A stretch of DNA of 64,000 bases from positions 54,498,001 to 54,562,000 of the forward strand of contig OZ287752.1 of NCBI GenBank assembly GCA_965649765.1, written 5' to 3'. Made by a program: the position numbers and the translations under genes. Positions 12,100-22,033 of this stretch are shown here, piece by piece. Within the stretch, counting starts at the first letter, position 1; each line of letters starts with the position of its first letter. The stretch comes from Bispira polyomma (taxonomy: Eukaryota). A model generated the notes under the pieces. The model was not told the origin of the DNA and did not search any database. It saw only the letters and a list, made by a program, of their open reading frames with translations.

Positions 12100-14177
12100 T
12101 ATAATTCTAAACTAATTTAAAGGAAAATTCAATTTTTTTATCTCACATTTTCAGCTATTTACTGTACTAAAATCAGGAAGTACATTTATCCTGCCCTATC
12201 TCTTTTAAGACCCCTCTCTTCTGTCTTTCTGGGGGGTATTGAAATGGAAAGATTTGCAGTACCCAAACCCAGTGGCATTAATAGGTCTAAAGCCCCAACT
12301 CAAATTGAGATAGAGTGTCCTGTGACGGTTTGATCCCCTCACTTGTAAAGTTCAAATAGCTGAAACTTGTGACTTCCAACTGCAACTATCTTACTGTGGG
12401 TGATTTCAGCTTTGCCTACCTGAGCATTTCTGGTGTAGTTGTTGCCTATGTATTTGTCGTTCTTGATATTTGGTATTACATTAGAAAATATATAAGGAAA
12501 ATAGCACTCAGTAGAGTGCAAACCTCAACCAGGGTGGTCCAAAATCCTAAATAGGGATGTGATTTACTTAGTTATAGACCTAAACCCGCCTGAACTCAGC
12601 CATCTCAATAGTATAATGCAAAGTAGATCAATAACTTATTTGAACAAATCACCCATTTCTTAGTAGTTCTTAGTAAGATTAGGTAAACCCTCATATATAT
12701 TGAATACTCTGTTCAAGATTTGATGACTTCTGTCTTACCCCACTATAGGATTTAACCAAAATTAGTTGAGCAGTATTTGTGTAATGATGCAGAAATTTTG
12801 GTCTTACTGAACTTCAGTTATCCTACAGGGTTATTTCTCACTTATTGGCCTGGTGGTGCCTTGGTGGAGTGAACCACTAACAAAATTTGTCCTAGACTTT
12901 CACAAATGTTTTGCATAAAATCTGTGATTACCTCAGTGAGATTGTGGTGGTCCAGCCAAACGCAGAAAAATAAAGTATGGATCAGTACAAAAAATGATGA
13001 GAATATGGAAAAATTGTAATCTGGCACCATTCACCTTATTTTTTGTGTGTACAGATTTGGTAAGGTGTTTGTGGATTCCCTAACGGTGGCCCTGAAATTT
13101 AGTAAGATGCTACTACTGATAAAACGAATAAATGGTGAATCACAGCAACTTGTAAGGACAGACTAAGGTATATCTCCATGGTTTCCTAAAGCATATATTT
13201 TATTAGGATACCAGCATTTGTTTTCTTGCACATTCACCACTCGGGTTGTGACCTAATTGCTTGCAAGTATTATCCTATATGGTGAAGTTTAAGTTACTTC
13301 TTTGACCTTGCAGTGTGTGAAAGGTCACGTTATATGAGTAGGGTAAGTTATGAAGCTGCTGCTTCTATATGCAACTTTCTATATGTGTCATTTGAAGGTT
13401 TAAGTAAAAGTGACCAGCAATCTGTATCTGTTAGGTGATTGGTTAATGTAGAGTAATCAATTGGTTGGCAAGCAATTTTACCTTAAAGCTCTATATTTTA
13501 GTTACTGAGGTGCCATTCCACTATTATTACAACCTTAGCAATCAGTAAAAAATTTGCTTTCAATCCCAAGTCCAACTATCATGGTTTTAAAACCAGGTTG
13601 ATTGTGGTTTTAAAACCATAAATTGCCTTGACCGGGCCTCCAAGCCATGGATACAACCCTTGTGAAACCATGGAGCCCCCTAATGATCACAGGCAGATGG
13701 CTTCCACGCTGGAAATGTTGGGCATGCTCAAAACTGCTTTGGATCTTTCACGGTGAATCGTATCAATGATTAACCACAGTGATACACACTGATTAGCCCT
13801 AATCGCAGTCACAAACCTCATCAACCCAAATTAACCATGATTGGTCTGGGTAAAGTCTGTGTTGCTGTTGTCTCAAATGTACAAGCATTTGTCTTACTTT
13901 ATGACACCCCCGTGACACCCTGATTTACCAAGGTAAGCCTGGTAAACCCTGACTGGCAAAACCATAGATCAACCCCTCATTTGACCCTCTATATCCATTC
14001 CCACGCCATCAGAGTTAGTGTACTTTTTAAACGATCTCTCGCGAAAATGATACGCTGTGTATGGTGTGAATGATGGCATTATTGCCAATATGGAAAGTGA
14101 CTGCATTGCTCCCTAATGTAAAGTTGTTGAGGGTTTTTAATCTTTGAATTTTAAGTACTAATCTCAAGTAGCAGTAG

Positions 14178-14308
14178 TTTAGTATATATTTAGTATTTCT
14201 GTCTATCTGAACAACAATTCCTTTGCAAAATCCCAAAATTTAGTATTTAGTATATATTTAGTATATCTGTCTATCTGAACCACAATTCCTTTGCAAAATC
14301 CCAAAATT
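14178..14308. repeat. Local tandem duplication, 63-bp block x2, period 68 (also 37472-37602 and 60026-60156)
   Basis: tttagtatatatttagtat.tctgtctatctgaac.acaattcctttgcaaaatcccaaaatt at 14178 and 14246, with 2 mismatches. Confidence 0.92.
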
Positions 14309-15954
14309 AATTTATGTCTTCCCTGAGCAATATGTATGAAACTTATGTAAAAACTGTGCTAGGATTTAGCTAAATCTTGATATTTTACCATTTATCCTTC
14401 CCGAGAAGAACACAAGAACAATTCCGTTTTTGTGATTACCAAATCAGTTAATATCTTAACTAAGCAAAACATATCAACCTTTAGACAAACCTAAGCCAGG
14501 ATTTGGTTAGAACCATACATCTGGCATTATGTCCTGCCAAGGAATGACATTTAGTAAATCACCAAACCCAACCATTAAACATATGACTGACTTATGTGAT
14601 ATAGAGTAACACGTGACATGTTAGCAGACAGTGTAATGACTTGAGAGGTCTCTCTACTGACGTGCTAGTGTCATTGTCTTTATGGGATATATATGATATG
14701 TGTGGGAGTTATCAGATGGTTCTTAAACTCATACTCAAAACCCAAAGCTCACATACATAGACTTTCTTATGTAATTGATATAACCTAACCATGTTACCAT
14801 GAACCTTTGAGTGAGGCATTCAATTATGCAGTCCAGTTTTAGATGTCTTTATTATACACAGAGATACTGCAGCACATGTAATGATACATTCTTTTCTTAA
14901 ATTTAGCACATTTATAAGGACCTTCCCCTTGGGAGATAGGTACGGGATGTTAGTTTATTAGTGTAATGGGGATGGAGACAAAATTGGCCTTGTAAGAAGT
15001 TATGTAGACAGGCATGATAGACAGTTTGGGATAGCACGAGATATACTGGGCCAGCATCAGTTTTACTGGCAAAGCATTTCAGCATTTTCAAACAGTCAGT
15101 TCAGCAAGTGAAATTAATTGCTAATGCAAAAATATGTCACTTAAAGTTCTAAAATTTGCAATAATATATTTATCAGATATCATACAAGAAGAATGGTTCA
15201 GTGTTTGTCCTACATTTCTTTTGCATACTTCAGGACAAAATAAGCCAGGTATGTAAATACATGTACATGTAACCTAAGACATTGGATGACTTGACTTTAT
15301 CACTAAGTCATGTGGTCATCCTGGCCTAGTTGCTAGGGAGTTGGTTGGGTTGTGGATAAGACCCAGGGACTTAAACTGTTAATTTCTGTGGTCATCTAAG
15401 CCACTATGTGTCTGCCTGTTCCTGCTAGCCCTAGATTGGGATCGTACCCATGTCCTTGGTACTTGTAAGTGAGTGTGTTGCCCGATTAGTATTGTATTAT
15501 ATATATTGACATCAGTTTGGAACTCAAACAGTTGTACTTTTTAAGTAGCTTTAAACATTCAGGTACAATGAACTTTTTTAACAAGGTCGCAAGGTAAAAT
15601 GCTATTGTTTAATTAATATGGTTAAGTTATCAAGCCTGCAACTTTTAGCAAGGCTAACTGTGCTTATGGTGTGTAGTAAGAGATTTAACTGGTGACCCTT
15701 ATTGTTGGCTATTATTGTCATGGTCAATAATCTGAAGAAATGTAACCAGAATTTACTCAGAAACAGATACTTCTGAAACTATAGCCATCGGTCATAGATA
15801 CATAAAGATAAATGAATCAGATTCTAACCATGTCTGCGAGATTACTTGTTATCTTGGACTAGTTGATTTATTTGTCTAGAACATTACCTTACAATAACAG
15901 TAATTAAGGTACCAATATCTATCGTAACATAATAATTGACACCAAAATAGATTA

Positions 15955-16150
15955 AATTAGATATTTATATCTTGCATTGAACAATAATGTTTTAATTGCA
16001 GATTTAAAACTTGACAGTTTTTTCAATTTGTCTGATGTTAATTGGTAAGCTGTTCCAAAGCTTAGGGAGCACTGTATGAAAAAATATTTATCGTTAGATG
16101 TTTTGTGGCTGCTAGCAGCAAAATTAAACAAAATTACAAATCCCATTTAC
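15955..16150 (-). mobile_element. Highly decayed CR1/L2-like LINE 3' end (copies at ~39249-39444 and ~61801-61996)
   Basis: Minus-strand translation ends KLKKLSSFKSAIKTLLF, resembling the LINE ORF2 terminal SFKxxLKxxL motif. Little other support. Confidence 0.45.
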
Positions 16151-16760
16151 ATGAATGTAATTGAGGAATGGTAACATTTTTAAATGTGATTGATAGATTT
16201 ATCTAACACATTTTTACAATATGTTTGGATACAATATATGTTAAATGATAATGAGAAACAATTGATAGATTGCATTGCTTGTCATACAACATCACGTACA
16301 TACGAATGTAGGCTGAGGTAAAATTCTCCAAATAGCTCTGCGAATCCATCCGAAGTATTCAATAATGAGTCTACCTGTTAAAAGCACTGACACACTGTTC
16401 TAGTGTATGCCACTGTCAAGGTCATACATCTATCACATATTGTGGAATATAACACACTAATGATCCTCTAACTGTTGAACTGTCTTAGTCCAAAGTCACA
16501 GAAACCACTAAGGTCATGGCCACCAGGAAGATACAGAATAGAGTCAGGATGTAACTGGTAAAAACCAGTTTACATCAAACTCAGAGTTCAAAACTGAGAG
16601 AAGTGAACCCTCCTGGTGGCTATTCTATTGTCTCAGTCACTTATTGTGTACTTATGCGCCATTATTGATGTCAGCTATATCTTCAAATGGACAGCATAAA
16701 GCTCAGGGTATATAAGGTAACACGTAAAGCTATATATGTTACAGCGAATTACATTCAGTC

Positions 16761-16840
16761 AGTGATTTCGCAAAATCCCTGATACATAATGTACTTTTTA
16801 CACTTATTGAATGGCTTTTAGGGAATTTGTGAAAGACACT
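16761..16840. repeat. 80-bp element with ~20-bp imperfect inverted ends (mini-MITE or hairpin; all units)
   Basis: agtgatttcgcaaaatccct versus reverse complement of 16820-16840, agtgtctttcacaaattccct. Confidence 0.55.
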
Positions 16841-18167
16841 AATTTTACTTTCTAGTTAGGAAAATACATTAGAATCCAAAGTGAGCGAATTAATAATAAA
16901 GTCATAAATTATTGTGGGGTAATATGTTTTTAATCATTTTGTGAGTTCAGGAGCATCTGGTTCTGTAGAATACATATGAAACTTTCTGGGAAAAGACATA
17001 CTTTAAAATAAAGACTAAATATAAAATTCAACCAGAATATTTGAACATACAGTGAGCATTTGCATGTATTCATTAAAAACTTAATACTCAGGGGACAGTT
17101 TTATATCAATTTTCCACAATTTTAAGTTACTTTACCATTGGAGCATATGACTACATAAGCATTGCTGGTCATCATAAGACTAATTGTATTATCACATCTT
17201 GGCCAAGGCTATTCATCCCCAATGGTGGCATTACCAGGCACACTAGTGCCACTCAAACGCCAGCCAAGCTTCTAGGCCACTCTGCCACACTTCATGTAGT
17301 TTTGTGATAGACATGGTTATACTTTTTGTATTTTGCTTTTGTACTGTGAATTTATATGTACACATTGTGAAGAATTTGATGAAAAAGAAAAAAACAAATA
17401 AATTCTATTTCAGCCTCTAAAATATATCTAACTATGTATAAACAGAACTATGGCAAGTACGCGATGGAGTTATGAATAGCTATTTCCATTCACAGAATTA
17501 GGCAAAATAAGAAAAAATATTGAGTTTTTTAGTTTTTTGTCTGCGAGTCAATATAGGTTTACTGGTACAGTTCACAAACTAAATTGGCCAGACAATATAT
17601 TCCATTATGCACTGGGAGTTGTAAAAGTGTTTAACAATAAACTTCTGGTATGGGATTATTATCTTATTCATTGAATTTTTAGCATGGGTATTGTAGTAAC
17701 TTATATAGGTTGTAGAGAATCAAATATTATATCTTCGGGAAGACAAATAACTACATTTCTAATAGTTTCATAAAATCAACATATATCATATATTAGCTAA
17801 GAACATTTTACACACTAAAAACTGATAGAGATATAATACCAAATTTTCAAATAATTAAGCATTTTAAAGTGTCTGATTAAATGGTGCAGACATATGCGAA
17901 TTGCACGGTTATATTATCATTTAATAAATGTACTGCTGTCTAAAAATCTTTCACTTACTTTAATCAGTTGCTGTTTGTTTTTTGTTACAGTAACATGGCG
18001 CAAAGTTTAGTAATGTGTCAAATTGGACAATTCTGAATCTGTGAGTATACTCCTTCAGATACAAACAAACTGTAAACCAGCTCCTCCAATCATCCTTGTC
18101 CTAAGCTACCATGACTCTCAGAAGCAGTAAGGAAACAAGAGACCACCTGTAGAAGTATTATTTTTAT

Positions 18168-18420
18168 GGGCCGTGGTGGCCTAGTGGTTAGCAAGCATTG
18201 CACTTCACAATCACGGGTCTCTCACCTCTGGGCGGCGTGAGTTCAACTCCCGTCGATGCCTATGTGGGAAAGGTGGTAGTTCCTTACTGTGGGCCCCTGG
18301 TTTAAGTGCAGAACCTTGACCAACTGTATGCAGTGTTTCCTCCAGCGTTTCCAACTACCCGTCCCAATATAACCTACTAGAAGGTACTAGAGTGAACGTT
18401 AAATATCTAAATTCAAATTT
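18168..18420 (+). mobile_element. Full-length tRNA(Leu-like)-derived SINE
   Basis: A box tggcctagtgg 18177-18187, B box gttcaactc 18241-18249. The segment gtctct...ggcgtgagttc resembles the tRNA-Leu variable arm/T arm. Possible low-complexity TSD tatttttat at 18159-18167 and 18429-18437. Confidence 0.88.
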
Positions 18421-19397
18421 AAGAGACATATTTTTATCAGAACCATTTATACAGTCCTATAAAGTGACAATGGTCGCCATAGGTAGGCAATTGATGTTAT
18501 TCGATGGTATAACCTGTATTACATTGCTGGAGGATAGAACCTGGGACTTTCTGATCACATTGCCCAACTCTATATCCACAAGGCTATGGGAGACCTGCGA
18601 CTAAACCATAATATCAACATATATATCCTGGTATATCTTTGACATATATTTTTTGTATATATTTAAATTCAAGAAAGAGTTCTGTTTAAAAGTATTGTGA
18701 CATTCTTGGCCATTTAGATAAATATTGAAAACCATTCCGTGGTAATTGAGGTTAAGCATAAATGTGAGTTTAAAACCTTTCCAAAATATGGCCTCTGATA
18801 ACTTTGACCCACTATATCCAAAATACAAAACTGGTTGTTTCAAGTAAAGGTCCAAATGTTCATAAAGTAATGTGAATGATAAAATTTACTCTACATTGAT
18901 AAAATTACTGTTGTGTGGCCTATGTGTATATACATGATTAGAATGAAATTATATTAGCAAGCTAATATATCATTTATTGTAAAATGCGCTTTTATTGGAA
19001 AAAATTATTATATGCATATATACTAGTTATATTATATAGACATTTCAATGATATCTACTAAAATATAGCACAGAAATGCAACAATAAATAGTATTGGGAT
19101 GATAAGGTCAAAATTAAAGGTCAAAAAGACTCAAACCGAGGTCAAAGTATGAAAACTGCCGCAAATGGTGTGATCAGGGAATAACAACAGGTAATCATTA
19201 CAGTGTGGTTAGAAAGTATATAGCTCAATATAACACTAACACGTGCACGCTTCGACTTCTTTCCTTACGACTTTGCTATATCCATGGACTTAATAATTAC
19301 ATCAATGATTCTGCTGTTACGCTTTAGAAGATGCCTAGCATCAATAAAGAGTGTTAAAAATTCATAATAATAGTAATAATCAGAACTAAAACAGAAT

Positions 19398-19455
19398 TTT
19401 ATTCAAGATATTTGGAGCATTATACGATTTTATTACATACATTCGGGAATTTATT
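19398..19455 (-). terminator. Three candidate polyadenylation signals for the orphan gene
   Basis: Minus-strand AATAAA (plus-strand TTTATT) at 19450-19455, 19429-19434 and 19398-19403, ~280-335 nt after the stop, followed by T/GT-rich sequence. The hexamer is common in AT-rich DNA. Confidence 0.45.
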
Positions 19456-19731
19456 TAGGAAAGTGATATCCTTCTTCAATGATACAAGTAGACTATTCAG
19501 GTATAGAAAGGTCCTTTTAGTGTACTTGTATATATCTACAAATATCTTCAAAACACAACATGCAATAAAACAAATCCAATCTACAGAGAATTACTACTCG
19601 TATCACATCGAAGGTTATTTAAGAAACATCCAATTAATTAATTGTGACTTATTGTGCTACTTGATAAAAAATAAAAATAAATATTGATTGGTTTGATGGG
19701 TTGAATGTTTGTGACCCAGACACCTTACGGT

Positions 19732-20331
19732 TTAGGACACATTGTACTGTATCCTGTCGAAATTGTCTGTCATGAACCTATTCAAGGGAGGCTCCAGTGA
19801 GTTAATGATCTCCTGAAAGCAAATTTCTGCAGCAACCATATAGCCCTGCAACTTCAACTGTTCACGGATGTAGTAATCAATGGCCAGACATGTAAACACA
19901 AAAGAACTAATCAAAAATAGCCACATCAAGCGAAATGTTGATTCCTCTGCTGATTTTTCCTGTGACACCACATCCATGCACTGGTTCGCCTGGATAGAGA
20001 ATTCCAATTCCAGGATGTTGCCCCAATCCAGCTTGCATGTGTACAGCTCTTCCGCCTTCCCATGGTGTAACACCCAGATTTTAAACAGTCTTCTGATAAG
20101 TATCCACAGCCACCCAAATAGGTTGTTGTCACCTCGGCTGTTCCATTCATGTTCGGTCCCACAGGTTAGGCCATATACAAACTTGCCAAGTATTGTCAAC
20201 ACTCGTCGTTGAAGTATGATTTCACAAGCACGATCGGGTGTATCCTGACTAAATGCATAGTACGAAATCATGCAACCAATTACCACTGCTAAATACCTGA
20301 ACAGTAGAAGTTGTTTTCTAGTAAATGTCAT
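19732..20331 (-). CDS. Intronless 199-aa orphan membrane protein (signal peptide/TM, 4-Cys region, TM, ~45-aa tail), copy 1
   Basis: Longest ORF in the unit by far. The track starts at GTG 20337; the first ATG is at 20331 (gtgaagATG). Hydrophobic N-terminus LLLFRYLAVVIGCMISYYAFS, Cys38/59/101/120 (track numbering), second hydrophobic segment LMWLFLISSFVFTCLAI. Visibly less AT-rich than the flanks, with promoter-like and poly(A) signals correctly oriented. No family recognised. Confidence 0.75.
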   Translation of the reverse strand: MTFTRKQLLLFRYLAVVIGCMISYYAFSQDTPDRACEIILQRRVLTILGKFVYGLTCGTEHEWNSRGDNNLFGWLWILIRRLFKIWVLHHGKAEELYTCKLDWGNILELEFSIQANQCMDVVSQEKSAEESTFRLMWLFLISSFVFTCLAIDYYIREQLKLQGYMVAAEICFQEIINSLEPPLNRFMTDNFDRIQYNVS

Positions 20332-20362
20332 CTTCACTTGTGCTACTATGATAATTAAGCAA

Positions 20363-20462
20363 AACTGACACGTATCTATGTAAAATGGTTTTTGTCGTCA
20401 TAAGTTAGCAATCATGACGTACACAACGTCACACCATGACGTATGTATCCATTGTGACGTCA
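20363..20462 (-). promoter_or_regulatory. Candidate promoter: five CRE-type TGACG sites plus TCAGTT initiator
   Basis: CGTCA 20396-20400, TGACGTA 20415-20421, ACGTCA 20426-20431, TGACGTA 20437-20443, full TGACGTCA 20455-20462. Minus-strand TCAGTT at 20368-20363, ~32 nt upstream of the ATG. No clear TATA box. Confidence 0.6.
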
Positions 20463-20783
20463 TTTATGCCTTCTCGTTTATTCTCACATGTGAGGACAAT
20501 TATAAGTACATTTGACTATGTATGACTCCATCTGTTGCAGAATTATTCTATGATTAGTAGCAGCATTCAGAATTTTCACCAAGTAGTATGTCGTTGTTGT
20601 TTTATATTTCAAATATGAACTAGAATCTAGTTTAAGATATTCTAAACATAGAACATATAAAGACGTTTGAACAAAAACAGAACAGGCGATTCAGCTAGAA
20701 GATGACGTATGTGTTTGTAGTTTGTCCCTTAATATTTAGGAAAGCAATATTGATCACATAAATACATCTAGTTAAGGGATAAT

Positions 20784-20901
20784 GTTGGTGAGTTAGTCAG
20801 GTACTTGCCATAGGTGAGTGGTTTCTTCCGCTATTGAATCTGGCTTTCGTGATATGAGCTAAGCTGTTAAAAGCGACGTAAAACGCAACTAAATTCAAAT
20901 T
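20784..20901 (+). mobile_element. SINE 3' fragment (unit 2 copy at 44078-44195)
   Basis: caggtacttgc...tttcttcc...aatctggc...gatat...gcgacgtaaaa...aactaaatt matches 10922-11025. Confidence 0.7.
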
Positions 20902-21892
20902 CTTATATGTCACTATAATAAATAAAAAATAGTAAAAAATATAATGCAAAATTGCTTTCCACAGAAATAACCATGTTTTGTTATGTTTTCTTTTTCTGAG
21001 TCTAGCCAACTTCCAGTTCCTTTAATCAATGGAATGGAAACTGTCAAAAGTTTAATTCAGGGAAATTGCAGGTTTTCTTAGTGAAAAGTTCCAACAGTAG
21101 AAAATTTTATCTATGGTTTTAGAATGATTACTAAAAATAATTATATGTTTCTCATTAATGGTGTTTATGGATACTTTCAAAGATATTTTGCCATTTAGCC
21201 CATTTTATAATGCATTCTGTCAGTGTACAAAAAGTAGACCCATTGGTCTGATTGGGTATACTGTTAGTGCATTTTATTGTACTCAGATCAAAGCCTGGGA
21301 AATTCCTAGCTAGTTGTTTTTTGGGATATAATCCACTACAAAACCATATAATCATGACCCCCCCGCCCCCCCCCCCCCAGCCCCCAACCCCCCTCTGTCA
21401 GAGAGTAATAAATTAAACTACTTAACCAACCACAAGAAAGGCATTAAGTGAATCCTCATAGGTAACATTATGTATCATTGTGGTGTTCTTTTAATTGTGG
21501 TTTAATCTTTCCATCTATCCAAGCTCTTAATGTACAATGGTAGTATGTAGTACATAGGGTGTATCCAGAGGGTGTCGAGGGTCCAGGCCCCAGAGCCGGG
21601 CTCCGGGTCCAGGAATACCTATCTAGGGGGCAAGGCCCCAGATACAGGGGATGGTCCAGGGGCTGACCAAACATGAATAAAACAGTCAAATTTCAACAAT
21701 TATGTTAACAATATACTCTAAGAGTGAACCCTCCTCTTATAAGCACCTAGATCCGATACATGGTGTATTTTAGCATATTAACTGTACCCAAGTGTATATT
21801 AAAGTTTAAATCATCCTCTTTAGAGGTATAGTCCGTTACCAAATATACCAAATAGGGGGTAACTCAGCATTGGTAAAATAATGTATTCTCAG

Positions 21893-22033
21893 TATTTGAA
21901 TTTAGTTAGGTTTTAGTGTCACCTTAAAAAGTTTCGAGTTTATATCAAGATGGTCAGACTTAATGATGGAAGAAACCAGTGCTAAAGCACTTTAAACCAC
22001 CAGCTTATGGCAAGTACAAACTTTCCCACATGT
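21893..22033 (-). mobile_element. SINE 3' fragment, minus strand (unit 2 copy at 45171-45311)
   Basis: Reverse complement reads atgtgggaaagtttgtacttgccata...ggtttcttccatcattaagtctgacc..gatataa...aactaaattcaaa, the same family as above. Confidence 0.7.

Noticed and set aside
18168-18260. Functional tRNA gene
   Set aside because: A and B boxes are present but the acceptor and anticodon stems do not close properly, and the sequence continues into a body shared with other dispersed copies, so it is a SINE head.
19105-19146. Three AGGTCA nuclear-receptor half-sites
   Set aside because: Non-canonical spacing, downstream of the gene, and such motifs are frequent in invertebrate repeat debris.
19412-19687. 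91-aa plus-strand ORF convergent with the orphan gene
   Set aside because: TTG start, AT-rich low-information composition, lies antisense in the predicted 3' UTR.
19880-20212. 110-aa plus-strand ORF, and the 78-aa alternate-frame ORF 19926-20162
   Set aside because: Antisense and off-frame shadows of the 199-aa ORF, with no independent promoter or recognisable features.
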